Positions 48,357-57,656 of a stretch of 64,000 bases of DNA are shown here, piece by piece (position 1 is the first letter of the stretch; every line of letters begins with the position of its first letter). The position numbers and the translations under genes are program-made. Source of the DNA: an uncultured Planctomycetia bacterium (GTDB taxonomy: Bacteria > Omnitrophota > Gorgyraeia > VGKH01 > JBHPFN01). Location: the NCBI GenBank assembly GCA_964406665.1, contig CAYOSQ010000001.1, positions 199,412-263,411 of the forward strand, in the 5' to 3' direction. The notes beneath the pieces are model-generated. The model had not been told where the DNA came from and made no database searches. It saw only the letters and a program-made list of their open reading frames with translations.

Positions 48357-48839
48357 ATGGAATTTAAATCAGTTAAAATTGATAAACCGGAAGACGTTAA
48401 TATTATTATAGGACAGGCTCATTTTATTAAAACAGTTGAGGATCTGTACGAAGTTTTGATTTCTGCTTGTCCAGGAATACAGTTTGGGATTAGCTTTTGC
48501 GAAGCTTCTGGGGCATGCTTGGTAAGAAGCGAAGGCAACGATGCAGAGTTAAAGAAACTTTCAGAGAAGAGTGCTTTAGATTTGGGTTGTGGACATTGTT
48601 TTGTTATTATGCTTAAAAGCGCATTTCCTATTAATGTTTTAAATAATATTAAAACAATTTCTGAAGTTTGTTCAATATTTTGTGCAACCGCAAATCCGTT
48701 AGAAGTTATTGTGGCTGAAACTGGGTTGGGTAGAGGTATCATGGGCGTTATTGATGGAGAGAAACCAAAAGGATTAGAGGGAGATAAAGACATTAAATGG
48801 CGTAAGGATTTGTTAAGAAAATTGAGTTATAAGTTGTAA
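48357..48839 (+). CDS. hypothetical protein, possibly DUF355/adenosine-specific-kinase-like (PF04008); low-confidence family call
   Basis: A GGAGG RBS precedes the ATG at 48357 (MEFKSVKIDKPEDVNIIIGQAHFIKTVEDLYEVL…). The family assignment is from memory only. Confidence 0.4.
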   Translation: MEFKSVKIDKPEDVNIIIGQAHFIKTVEDLYEVLISACPGIQFGISFCEASGACLVRSEGNDAELKKLSEKSALDLGCGHCFVIMLKSAFPINVLNNIKTISEVCSIFCATANPLEVIVAETGLGRGIMGVIDGEKPKGLEGDKDIKWRKDLLRKLSYKL

Positions 48840-48847
48840 TTTTATCT

Positions 48848-48875
48848 TGAATTTACCTCGCCTTTTGTTATAATT
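48848..48875 (+). promoter_or_regulatory. sigma70-like promoter TTGAAT-16-TATAAT upstream of the lipid A acyltransferase gene
   Basis: Near-consensus hexamers seen directly, ~12 nt before the ATG at 48888. Confidence 0.5.
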
Positions 48876-48887
48876 TAGAAACAAATT

Positions 48888-49799
48888 ATGAATATTAAAA
48901 CACTTCGTAAACTTAATGGACGTTTCTGGGGTAGGACTGGTATCAAGATAAGCTCTCTTATAATAAGGACTTTGCCAGAAAACATGATCTATGGTTTTGC
49001 TACTTCTTTTGCAAAACTAGCTTATTATATTGCAGTTAGATATCGCCAGATATCTTTTCAGGGGTTAAATATCGCTTTTGGTAAAGAGAAGACTCATTCG
49101 GAAATATCTTCGATTGCGAAGCAATCTATACAGGAGTTTTCGAAGAATTCGTTAGAACTTCTATATCTTACTGAGAAACCTGCCTTGCTTAAGAAAAAAG
49201 TTTCTGTAGAGGGGTTGCATCATTTAGATGATGCCCTTGCTAAAGGCAATGGAGCAATAGGGGTAAGCGCGCATTTTGGTAATTTTCCTCTTATTGTATG
49301 TAAATTAAGTTTGGAAGGGTACAATGTTAATGTATTAACTAGACCTATGCGAGATGAAAAGGTAGAGGAGTCTTTTCGCGCCAGGCGTGACAATCTTAAC
49401 GTAAAGACAATTTACAGTAAACCGCGTAAACAGTGTGTTGATTCGTGTTTGCGTTCTTTAAGAAATAACGAGCTAGTATTTATTCCAATTGATCAAAATT
49501 TTGGAAGTGGAGGTATATTTGTTGATTTTTTCGGCAGGCAAGCAGCTACTGCTACGGGTCCGGCAATATTCGCATTGAGAACCAGGGCGCCGATTATCCC
49601 CATGTTCATTATTAGAAATTCGGACAATACACACAAAGTGATTCTTGAAACACCTATTTTTATTAAAGAGGAAACCAATAGTGACGAAGTAGTAAGAAAA
49701 TATATACAGATGGTTACAAAAATTATTGAGCAATATATAAGAAAATACCCTCAAGAGTGGGGGTGGATGCACCGTCGTTGGAAAACAGCTCCAAAATAA
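48888..49799 (+). CDS. lipid A biosynthesis late acyltransferase (LpxL/LpxM/HtrB family) or lysophospholipid acyltransferase
   Basis: HX4D-type motif …SAHFGNFP… and overall PF03279 layout. 303 aa. Confidence 0.7.
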   Translation: MNIKTLRKLNGRFWGRTGIKISSLIIRTLPENMIYGFATSFAKLAYYIAVRYRQISFQGLNIAFGKEKTHSEISSIAKQSIQEFSKNSLELLYLTEKPALLKKKVSVEGLHHLDDALAKGNGAIGVSAHFGNFPLIVCKLSLEGYNVNVLTRPMRDEKVEESFRARRDNLNVKTIYSKPRKQCVDSCLRSLRNNELVFIPIDQNFGSGGIFVDFFGRQAATATGPAIFALRTRAPIIPMFIIRNSDNTHKVILETPIFIKEETNSDEVVRKYIQMVTKIIEQYIRKYPQEWGWMHRRWKTAPK

Positions 49800-49834
49800 G
49801 AAACATTTTATCATTTTTAGGAAGGGAGGAGAAA

Positions 49835-50044
49835 ATGACAGAAGAAAAGAAAGAAGCTCAGTGCTGTTGTTCTAAAATGAAAAGCCCAGCCATATTAAAG
49901 CTCATATTAGCTCTTGTTTTTATAGTTGCGGGTGCTTGGTGTTTTATTAGCTGGTGGTGGCATTTTACAGTTGTTTTTAAAGGGTGTATCGGCCCGATAC
50001 TTATTCTTGCCGGGTTAGTTACTCTTGCTATTGCCAAAGAATAA
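49835..50044 (+). CDS. small Cys-rich membrane protein (hypothetical)
   Basis: A GGAAGGGAGGAG RBS precedes the ATG at 49835. MTEEKKEAQCCCSKMKSP… is followed by two TM helices. 69 aa. Confidence 0.45.
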   Translation: MTEEKKEAQCCCSKMKSPAILKLILALVFIVAGAWCFISWWWHFTVVFKGCIGPILILAGLVTLAIAKE

Positions 50045-50057
50045 AATATATTTTTTC

Positions 50058-50105
50058 AGGGTGGTTTTTTAATCAGGCAAAAAGCGCCTTATTAAAAACC
50101 ACCCT
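50058..50105. promoter_or_regulatory. 15-bp near-perfect palindrome AGGGTGGTTTTTTAAT-N17-ATTAAAAACCACCCT between the small Cys-rich ORF and the ArsB/NhaD-family transporter gene
   Basis: Seen directly. The T-run lies inside the stem rather than after it, so it is not a canonical intrinsic terminator. It could be an operator or REP-like element. Confidence 0.45.
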
Positions 50106-50122
50106 TTAAGGTAATTTTAGAA

Positions 50123-51388
50123 ATGAAACCGACCGTATTAATTATATTTTTCCTTACATATTTTCTGATTATTTCTCAGAAGAAAGTTCAGGCTTTTATG
50201 CCATATGTTGGCATTGCCGCGCTTCTTCTTTTTAAGGCGATTACTGCAAGAGAAGCTTTTTACTCAATTAACTTTAATGTATTAGGCATTTTTGCAGGGA
50301 CAATGGTCCTCTCCAATTTATTTATTGACTCTGGTGTACCTGCATATTTATCGCAAAGGTTAGTGGCTCGTTCAAAAAACACTTGTATGGCGCTACTATC
50401 GGTTTGTCTTTTGTCTGGATTCATTTCTTCCTTCGCGGACAACGTAGCTACTGTGTTAATTGTAGCCCCGATAGCTTTAGCTATTGCTAAATCTCTTTCG
50501 TTGAATCCGATTCCACTTTTAATTGGAGTGTCGTTATCTAGCAATCTTCAGGGCTGCGCAACAATGATAGGAGATGCTCCAAGTATAATTCTTGCGTTAG
50601 AAAGTAAGATGAGTTTTAATAATTTTTTCTGGATGCAAGGTAAGCCGGGAATTTTCTTTGCGGTTGAACTTGGAGCTGTAGCTGCGTTTTTTGTTTTATA
50701 TTTGTTCTTTAAAAAACATCGTAAGCAGGTCACGGAAATTCCAGAAACAAAACCGCAAACATGGGTTCCTGCCATTTTGCTGGTTTTAATGATAATGAGC
50801 TTGGCAGTTTCTTCATTTTTGCCGGAGAAGCCGTATCATCTGTTGGCTTTTATATGTTTATTCTGGGCATTGATCGGGATAGCGTGGCATGTTGTATTTA
50901 GAAAAACAAAACTTATATTTTCTAGAATTATTGATTATAAAACTATATTATTCTTAGCAGGTATTTTTATCTTAATCGGAAGCTTAACTTATAATGGTAT
51001 AATAAATGATATTGCCAAGATAATTTTAGATATTACTTCAGGAGATGCTATATTTGCATTCTTGGTTTTGGTGTGGATATCGGTTTTTATATCGGCGTTT
51101 GTAGATAACATACCATATACGATTGCTATGATTCCTGTGGCTAAAATATTGGCATCCAGCTTAGCAATTTCTCCTTATCCGCTACTATTTGGTTTATTAA
51201 TCGGTACGTGTTTGGGCGGGAATATAACACCTATAGGTGCGGCATGCAATGTTGTTACAGTAGGCATATTGCGCAGAGAAGGATATAAGGTTAGAACCAG
51301 AGATTTTTTACGCATAGGACTTCCGTTTACTATTGCTGCTGTATCAATTGGTTCTATATTTATTTGGTTTTTCTGGGGTAAAATGTAA
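50123..51388 (+). CDS. ArsB/NhaD/CitMHS-superfamily ion transporter permease
   Basis: 421 aa, ~12 TM segments, with an internal two-fold repeat architecture typical of ArsB/NhaD permeases. Confidence 0.6.
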   Translation: MKPTVLIIFFLTYFLIISQKKVQAFMPYVGIAALLLFKAITAREAFYSINFNVLGIFAGTMVLSNLFIDSGVPAYLSQRLVARSKNTCMALLSVCLLSGFISSFADNVATVLIVAPIALAIAKSLSLNPIPLLIGVSLSSNLQGCATMIGDAPSIILALESKMSFNNFFWMQGKPGIFFAVELGAVAAFFVLYLFFKKHRKQVTEIPETKPQTWVPAILLVLMIMSLAVSSFLPEKPYHLLAFICLFWALIGIAWHVVFRKTKLIFSRIIDYKTILFLAGIFILIGSLTYNGIINDIAKIILDITSGDAIFAFLVLVWISVFISAFVDNIPYTIAMIPVAKILASSLAISPYPLLFGLLIGTCLGGNITPIGAACNVVTVGILRREGYKVRTRDFLRIGLPFTIAAVSIGSIFIWFFWGKM

Positions 51389-51402
51389 ATAGAGAGGTCG
51401 AT

Positions 51403-51996
51403 ATGAGAAGATATTTTTTAACTGGTTTAGCAATATTGCTTCCGGTAGTTCTTACAGTATATGTTTTATTCTTGCTGTTTACTTTTTGTGACAATTTATT
51501 AGGAAGGTTTATCAATGCTTATTTAGGAATTTATATTCCTGGAATTGGCTTGATTTTGACCTTTGCTATCATAATAGTTTTTGGGTTTTTTACTATCCAT
51601 TTATTCGGGAAGAAATTGTTTCCTATGATTGAAAAGTGGTTTGTTAGGTTACCACTTGTAAAAACTATTTATCCTACACTAAAGCAGGTAATAAATTTTA
51701 TTATTTCACAGGATAAGCCAACTTTTAAACAGGTGGTTTTAGTTGAATATCCTAGAAAAGACATTTATATGTTAGGTTTTGTAGCTAATGAAGGGATGAA
51801 AGAAGCAAAAGATAAAACAAAGAAAGAATTATTTAATGTATTTCTTCCCAGCAGCCCCGGACCGCTTACCGGTTTTTTTATTATGGTTCCCGAGAAAGAT
51901 ATTACTTTTTTAAACATAACACCTGAAGAAGCGGTAAAGATGATAATTTCCTGCGGAGTTTTTAATCCTAAGGATTTAATGCAATTAGAAAGTTAG
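51403..51996 (+). CDS. DUF502 family membrane protein
   Basis: N-terminus MRRYFLTGLAILLPVVLTVYVLFLLF… and the two-TM plus soluble-domain layout of DUF502. Confidence 0.6.
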   Translation: MRRYFLTGLAILLPVVLTVYVLFLLFTFCDNLLGRFINAYLGIYIPGIGLILTFAIIIVFGFFTIHLFGKKLFPMIEKWFVRLPLVKTIYPTLKQVINFIISQDKPTFKQVVLVEYPRKDIYMLGFVANEGMKEAKDKTKKELFNVFLPSSPGPLTGFFIMVPEKDITFLNITPEEAVKMIISCGVFNPKDLMQLES

Positions 51997-52049
51997 TTTT
52001 ATTAATAAATTAAAGGAATTATACATCCTGCCTTTTTAGGAAATCTTAT

Positions 52050-52685
52050 ATGAATATAAAAGCTATTATTTTTGATCTTGACGGAACTCTTATAGATGCA
52101 TATAGAGCTATTATCGAAAGCTTTAATTTTACTATGGATAAGATGGGATTCCCCAGGCAAAAGCCCGAGGTGATAAAAAGAGCGGTGGGCTTGGGAGATG
52201 AATCTCTGCTTAGTCCTTTTATCGGAAAGGCAAGAGCCAGGAAGGCTATAGAGATATACCGCAGGCATCATAAAAAATCTTTGGTTGAGAAATCTCGTTT
52301 AATTAAAAGTGTGCGCAGTTTGCTTGTATATTTACGTAAAAGTGGCTACAAATTAGCCGTTGCTAGTAACCGGCCGTCCAAATTTTCTAAGATTTTAATT
52401 AAACATCTAAAAATTGATAAATTCTTTGATGAAGTTCTTTGTGGCGATGAATTAGAAAAAGGCAAGCCACATCCCCTAATACTGTTTGAAACCTTAAAAC
52501 GTCTTTCCGTTTCAAAAAAACAAGCTCTGTATGTTGGTGATATGGTTGTTGATGTTAAAACGGGCAATTCCGCTGGAGTTAAAACTATTGCTGTGCTTAC
52601 AGGGTCAAGCTCAAGAGCAGAAATTAAATATTCTAAACCTTATAAGATATTAAAAGATGTATCTTATTTAAGAAAAATTTTATAA
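52050..52685 (+). CDS. HAD-superfamily hydrolase (phosphoglycolate-phosphatase-like)
   Basis: Motif I …IIFDLDGTLID… and motif III/IV …KPHP…VGDMVVDV…. Confidence 0.8.
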   Translation: MNIKAIIFDLDGTLIDAYRAIIESFNFTMDKMGFPRQKPEVIKRAVGLGDESLLSPFIGKARARKAIEIYRRHHKKSLVEKSRLIKSVRSLLVYLRKSGYKLAVASNRPSKFSKILIKHLKIDKFFDEVLCGDELEKGKPHPLILFETLKRLSVSKKQALYVGDMVVDVKTGNSAGVKTIAVLTGSSSRAEIKYSKPYKILKDVSYLRKIL

Positions 52686-52688
52686 AAG

Positions 52689-52883
52689 ATGGCTGAACAT
52701 ATTTGTCCAAATTGCGATAAACCGATTTACGATGATGATGCACTGTTGTGTCTTTATTGCGGAGAGAGCCTGCAAAGAGAGACAGGAGTTTTGGGTAAGT
52801 TAAAATATTCTCGGCCGAGAATGATTACGGCGGTTATTATAGCAGTAATAATACTGAGTTTTGTTCTTTTATTGTTAAGATAA
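52689..52883 (+). CDS. small zinc-ribbon membrane protein
   Basis: CPNC…CLYC zinc ribbon plus a C-terminal TM helix. 64 aa. Confidence 0.45.
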   Translation: MAEHICPNCDKPIYDDDALLCLYCGESLQRETGVLGKLKYSRPRMITAVIIAVIILSFVLLLLR

Positions 52884-52901
52884 TATCCAGGAGAAAGAAT
52901 T

Positions 52902-53651
52902 TTGTCGAAAATAAAAAAGCATAGAAAAAATTTTATGTATCTATACGGAAAAAATTCTGTTTTTGAACGGATAACAAATAGTCCTAAGAGTATCCATAAA
53001 ATATACCTGCAGGATAACTTTGATACACAACATATCTTGCGTGCCATTGAATCTGCAAAAATTCAGAAAATAATTTTATCAGAAAGAAAATTCTTGCGCG
53101 TAAAGCGCGCAGACCGTATGCAGGGTATTGTTGCTGAGGTAGATAAATTTCAATACTTAGATTATAAAGAATTATTAAAGGTGGCAAAAAGAGATGGGAT
53201 TTCTTTAGTTTTTTTAGATAGCGTATATGATCCTCAAAACGTTGGTTCGATTATGCGCACCCTGGCATGTATGGGAAAATTTGCCATGGTTATTCCTTCA
53301 TATGATGCCTGTGATATTAATGAAACAGTTCTCCATGTTGCTTTAGGAGGTGAAAATTTTGTTTTAGTTTCTAAAGTAACAAATATTCCTAATTCTTTAG
53401 TTGCTGCAAAAAAAGAAGGTTTTTGGATAGTGGGTTCTGTGATTGATCAAGGAGAAGATATAACTAAAGCAGATCTTTGTTTTCCGCTGTGTCTTGTTTT
53501 AGGTTCAGAAGGAAAAGGCATTCGACCGGGAATTCAAAAACAGCTTGAGCTAAAGGTAAAAATTCCTATGAGCGGGGCTGCTCTTTCATTTAATGTTACG
53601 ATGGCATGTGCAATTTTATGCCATGAGATTGCTAAGCAAAGACAAAAATAG
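52902..53651 (+). CDS. TrmH/SpoU-family RNA 2'-O-methyltransferase (RlmB-like)
   Basis: N-terminal …YLYGKNSVFERI… substrate-binding domain and a C-terminal SPOUT domain (…LVLGSEGKGIR…). TTG start with an AGGAGAAAG RBS. Confidence 0.75.
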   Translation: MSKIKKHRKNFMYLYGKNSVFERITNSPKSIHKIYLQDNFDTQHILRAIESAKIQKIILSERKFLRVKRADRMQGIVAEVDKFQYLDYKELLKVAKRDGISLVFLDSVYDPQNVGSIMRTLACMGKFAMVIPSYDACDINETVLHVALGGENFVLVSKVTNIPNSLVAAKKEGFWIVGSVIDQGEDITKADLCFPLCLVLGSEGKGIRPGIQKQLELKVKIPMSGAALSFNVTMACAILCHEIAKQRQK

Positions 53652-53665
53652 ATACGGAGGTTTAA

Positions 53666-54250
53666 GTGAGCAAACAGCAAGACAAAAAAATACTGGATTT
53701 TATTTCTGAAGCAGGCGTGTTAAAGAGAGTTAGACGTTCAGGTTGGTGGGTATTAGGTATTAAGAACCCTGAAACAGTTGCCGAACACAGTTTCAGATGT
53801 GTGGTAATCGGCTATGTCCTTGCAAAGATGGAAAAGGTGCATTCTTATGAAGTTTTGCTTATGACTCTTTTTAATGATATTCATGAAGCGCGCATTAATG
53901 ACTTACATAAGATGGGACAGCGTTATATTGATTTTCAAAGGGCGGAAGATAAAGCTTTCAGTGAGCAGGCAAGTATTTTGCCAAAAGATATGGGGACTGA
54001 GCTTTCCAAGCTCCATAAAGAATATAGGTTGCAGAAATCTAAAGAAAGTATTGTTGCCAGAGATGCGGATATTCTTGAGTGTTTAATTCAGGCAAAGGAA
54101 TATCATTTGCATGGATATCGAGAAGCGGTAAAATTTATGAAGAAAGCTCCCCAACATATAAAGACTAAAAGTGCAAAGCGACTTTGGAAGTTGGCACAAA
54201 CTATGGATTTAAACGAGTGGTGGGAGAAGTTAAGCGATTTCAAAAGATAA
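53666..54250 (+). CDS. HD-domain phosphohydrolase (YfbR-like 5'-deoxynucleotidase family)
   Basis: …VAEHSFRCVVIGYVL… and …NDIHEARINDL… HD motifs. GTG start with a GGAGG RBS. Confidence 0.7.
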   Translation: MSKQQDKKILDFISEAGVLKRVRRSGWWVLGIKNPETVAEHSFRCVVIGYVLAKMEKVHSYEVLLMTLFNDIHEARINDLHKMGQRYIDFQRAEDKAFSEQASILPKDMGTELSKLHKEYRLQKSKESIVARDADILECLIQAKEYHLHGYREAVKFMKKAPQHIKTKSAKRLWKLAQTMDLNEWWEKLSDFKR

Positions 54251-54260
54251 GGGCTAGTCT

Positions 54261-54665
54261 ATGTTAGGTTATTTGATTTTACTTTTTACAGTTGTTCCTG
54301 TTGTTGAGCTAGCTCTTTTAATAAAGGTCGGACAATATATCGGGGTTTTTTCAACCATCACTATAGTGATTGTTACTGGAGTAACCGGCGCTTATCTGGC
54401 TAAGCTTCAAGGATTGATTACCCTTTATAGGATTCAGGAAGATGTAAATCAAGGCAGGATGCCAGCCGATAAGATGATAGATGGGGTTATCATATTGTGT
54501 AGTGGCATATTACTTTTAACTCCTGGGTTTGTAACTGATGCTATAGGATTTATGGGATTAATTCCTGTAACTAGAGATTTATTTAAACAATGGATTCAGA
54601 GAAAATTTAAAGATATGATAAGAGACGGAGATGTAATAGAAATCAAATCCTTTAAATCTATGTAA
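54261..54665 (+). CDS. fxsA: FxsA family membrane protein
   Basis: MLGYLILLFTVVPVVELALLIKVGQYIG… is characteristic of FxsA. Confidence 0.7.
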   Translation: MLGYLILLFTVVPVVELALLIKVGQYIGVFSTITIVIVTGVTGAYLAKLQGLITLYRIQEDVNQGRMPADKMIDGVIILCSGILLLTPGFVTDAIGFMGLIPVTRDLFKQWIQRKFKDMIRDGDVIEIKSFKSM

Positions 54666-54707
54666 TTTATGTTTAAGTAATAGATTTTTGAAAATAGGAG
54701 GAGAAAA

Positions 54708-54911
54708 ATGAAAAAAGTAGTTTTGCTGATTATACTCATTTATTTATTTCTAAACATTTTCTTCAAAAGCAACACTTGGGAAACGACGCAAGAATATAAA
54801 ACTAAAGATGGTGTAGAGTATTTGGTTTCTAGGCAGCGCATCAACTGGAATAACTTCTTGAATTATTTTAAGGAACTCCCCAATCATTTTAAAAGCAATT
54901 TTAATCGCTAA
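54708..54911 (+). CDS. small hypothetical secreted/membrane protein
   Basis: 67-aa ORF with a GGAGGAG RBS and N-terminal hydrophobic segment. Confidence 0.4.
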   Translation: MKKVVLLIILIYLFLNIFFKSNTWETTQEYKTKDGVEYLVSRQRINWNNFLNYFKELPNHFKSNFNR

Positions 54912-54963
54912 CAATTTAAGTACTTGAATAATTTTCTGCAAAATTTCTTACATATTTTCTTCT

Positions 54964-55962
54964 ATGTTTCAAATCGGTAACATAAAATTAAATTCACGCT
55001 TTATTCTTGCTCCCATGGCTGGAGTGAGTGATTTCCCTTTTCGTATAATAAATCGTAAATTGGGTTGTAAGCTTGCTTTTGTGGAAATGATAAATGCTAG
55101 ATCGCTTAGCTATAAAAGTAAGAAAACAAAAAAAATGCTGTATTCTACTTCAGAGGATAAACCTTTAGGGGTGCAGCTGGTAGGTTGTGAAGAGGAGTAT
55201 ATTAAGCGCGCCCTAGAAGTTTTGAGCAATTACAAATTTGACATTCTTGATTTTAATGCTGCTTGTCCGGCAAAAAAAGTTGTAAGAAGAGAAGAAGGGG
55301 CAGCATTGTTAAAATATCCAAAAAAATTAAATAAACTACTTAAAATATTGGTTAAAAATGTTGAGTTGCCGGTTACAGTTAAAATCCGTTCGGGATGGGA
55401 TAAAGATTCTGTAAACCCTAAAGAAATTGCTGTTGCCTGTGAGGATGCCGGGGTTAATGCTATATTTATTCATGGCAGGACTAGGGCGCAATTCTATAGT
55501 GGAAAGGCTGATTATGTTTCTATAAAAAAGGCAAAAAAATCAGTAAAAATACCGGTAATCGCAAGCGGGGATATCTTTTCCGTAGATTTGGCAAAGAAAA
55601 TGTATGAAGAAACAGGTTGCGACGGAATTCTCGTTGCCAGGGGTTCATTGGGTAACCCCTGGATATTTAAAGAATTAGATTCTTTTTTTAATAAAGGAAA
55701 GACAAAAAAAAGACCAAGTGTTGAAAATATTATGAAGATTATGGCAGAACATTTGAATTTGTGTATTGATTTCTACGGGGAAAGAGGTGGCATCAGGCTG
55801 TTTAGGAAATATTTAATTTGGTATACAAAAGGGTTTTATAATGTTCGTCCTTTAAGGGAAAAGATTTCGTATATTAAGACTAAGAAAGAGATGATTAAAA
55901 CGATAAAAGCCTGCCGTGATTCTCAGAAACTTGCTTCGGCTTTAATAAAGGTAAAATCATAA
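54964..55962 (+). CDS. dus: tRNA-dihydrouridine synthase (DusB-like)
   Basis: …LAPMAGVSDFPFR… FMN-binding N-terminus and the catalytic Cys region …FNAACP…. Confidence 0.9.
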   Translation: MFQIGNIKLNSRFILAPMAGVSDFPFRIINRKLGCKLAFVEMINARSLSYKSKKTKKMLYSTSEDKPLGVQLVGCEEEYIKRALEVLSNYKFDILDFNAACPAKKVVRREEGAALLKYPKKLNKLLKILVKNVELPVTVKIRSGWDKDSVNPKEIAVACEDAGVNAIFIHGRTRAQFYSGKADYVSIKKAKKSVKIPVIASGDIFSVDLAKKMYEETGCDGILVARGSLGNPWIFKELDSFFNKGKTKKRPSVENIMKIMAEHLNLCIDFYGERGGIRLFRKYLIWYTKGFYNVRPLREKISYIKTKKEMIKTIKACRDSQKLASALIKVKS

Positions 55963-56004
55963 TCTTAACTAAGATTGTTAAACTATGTGGTATAATAGCG
56001 CAAA

Positions 56005-56610
56005 ATGATTCGAGGATATTATTTTATTACGGATTCTTCCTTAAGCAAAAAAGGCAACATAAGTGATGTAAAAAATGCTGTAGCTGCAGGAGTTACTGTA
56101 GTACAATATAGAAACAAGCAGGAAAGCTCTGCAGATATGCTTAAGGAAGCTTTTGAGCTTAAGAAAATTTGTCAGAATACACAATTCATTATAAATGATA
56201 AAATAGATATTGCTCTTGCAGTAGATGCGGATGGTCTTCATATAGGTGAACAAGATGTATCTTATCATCAGGCAAGAGAAATCTTAGGAAAAGATAAGAT
56301 TATTGGCGTAACTGTTCGTTCTGTTGAAGAGGCTAGAAAAGCTCAGGAGTCAGGCGCTGATTATTTAGGAGTAGGATCGATATTTGCAACTACAACAAAG
56401 AAGATTGCGGTTGATCCAGTTGGTCCATCATTAATAAAAAATATAAAAGATGTATGTTTACTTCCCCTGGTTGCAATCGGGGGGATTAATCTTGATAATG
56501 CAAAAGCAGTAGTCGATGCCGGAGCAGATGCTCTTAGTGCTATTTCATCAGTAGTAACAAAAGATAATGTTGAAAAAGAGATTCTAAAATTTCAGGCTTT
56601 GTTTAATTAG
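56005..56610 (+). CDS. thiE: thiamine-phosphate synthase
   Basis: …YFITDS…, …VVQYRNK…, …IGVTVRSVEEARKAQESGADYLGVGSIFAT… ThiE motifs. Confidence 0.85.
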   Translation: MIRGYYFITDSSLSKKGNISDVKNAVAAGVTVVQYRNKQESSADMLKEAFELKKICQNTQFIINDKIDIALAVDADGLHIGEQDVSYHQAREILGKDKIIGVTVRSVEEARKAQESGADYLGVGSIFATTTKKIAVDPVGPSLIKNIKDVCLLPLVAIGGINLDNAKAVVDAGADALSAISSVVTKDNVEKEILKFQALFN

Positions 56611-56626
56611 CGAAGGGAGGAACAAC

Positions 56627-57055
56627 GTGCAGATTAAAGATATAATGACACCAAATGTTATTACAGTAAAACCCATGGATTCTTTAAAGGTGGTGGGAAA
56701 AATTCTTAAAGATAAAAGGATCAGTGGTATACCTGTTGTTGAAGAAAACGGCGAGCTTACAGGCATTATCACTTTGACTGATATAATAAAAATGTTTGAT
56801 AGTATATATAAATGGAAAGAGTTAGAGCAGAGAAATCCTGGATTAGAGCTTAGCAATATGATTGAAGAGGAGAAGTCGCGCGGGATTGTAAGAGATTACA
56901 TGACAAAGAATGTTCTTACTCTTCAGGAAGATGCGTCCATAGAAGATGCTATGGCTACAATGTTTTCCTGTAATGTTCATACTTTTCCTATTGTTAGAGA
57001 TGGAGAATTAGTAGGAGTTGTAGGTAAAAGAGATTTGGTTTTTGCCTGTCTGTAG
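56627..57055 (+). CDS. CBS-domain pair protein
   Basis: Two CBS motifs (…IMTPNVITVKP…GIPVV…, …YMTKNVLTLQ…FPIV…). GTG start with a GGGAGG RBS. Confidence 0.75.
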   Translation: MQIKDIMTPNVITVKPMDSLKVVGKILKDKRISGIPVVEENGELTGIITLTDIIKMFDSIYKWKELEQRNPGLELSNMIEEEKSRGIVRDYMTKNVLTLQEDASIEDAMATMFSCNVHTFPIVRDGELVGVVGKRDLVFACL

Positions 57056-57107
57056 CATGATTTAGGTAAATAGATTTGTGGGATTTCTTTTAAAAGGAGG
57101 TAGAGGT

Positions 57108-57629
57108 ATGAAGAAATTATTATCTTTAGCAATGCCAATACTTGCAGCTATAGTTATCGTAGCATTTTTTCTTCCTTGGGTAAATGTTGAATCAGCCGCA
57201 GTAAGTGCAGTTTCTAAAGTTTTAACAGGTAAAGGTGCCGCAGTCGTTGATAACATAAGTGCTTTTGACGTTCCAATTCTAGCTAATAGTTCTGAATCAA
57301 GATTGATAATTAGTATAATAAAGATATTCAATCCGAATATAACCAATGCCGATAAGAAAAGTTTTCTTATTTGGGGTATTCCTTTGCTTGCAATGCTTAT
57401 TGTTATAGCTAATAGGATTTTAGGCAAAAATAAGATTGCTAATCTTGTAATAGGAATATTGGGTGTAGTAATATTTGCGGTTGCATTATTTAAGATTAGT
57501 ACAACCGATTTAGATAAATTGGTAATTCAGGTTAATATTGGTATAGGTGTGTGGTTAACCCTATATGCATTTTTGGGAATGGGAATATTGAGCGTTGTTG
57601 AACTTATGCAGCTTGTTAAGAAAAAATAA
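57108..57629 (+). CDS. hypothetical membrane protein (4 TM)
   Basis: An AAGGAGGTAGAGGT RBS precedes the ATG at 57108. Hydrophobic segments are present throughout. Confidence 0.5.
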   Translation: MKKLLSLAMPILAAIVIVAFFLPWVNVESAAVSAVSKVLTGKGAAVVDNISAFDVPILANSSESRLIISIIKIFNPNITNADKKSFLIWGIPLLAMLIVIANRILGKNKIANLVIGILGVVIFAVALFKISTTDLDKLVIQVNIGIGVWLTLYAFLGMGILSVVELMQLVKKK

Positions 57630-57656
57630 TAGCCTTAAGATTTAAGGAGATAAAAA

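Noticed and set aside
50058-50105. Rho-independent terminator call for the 15-bp palindrome before the ArsB/NhaD-family gene
   Set aside because: The T-run lies within the 5' arm of the stem rather than after the 3' arm on either strand. It is listed as a regulatory/palindromic element instead.
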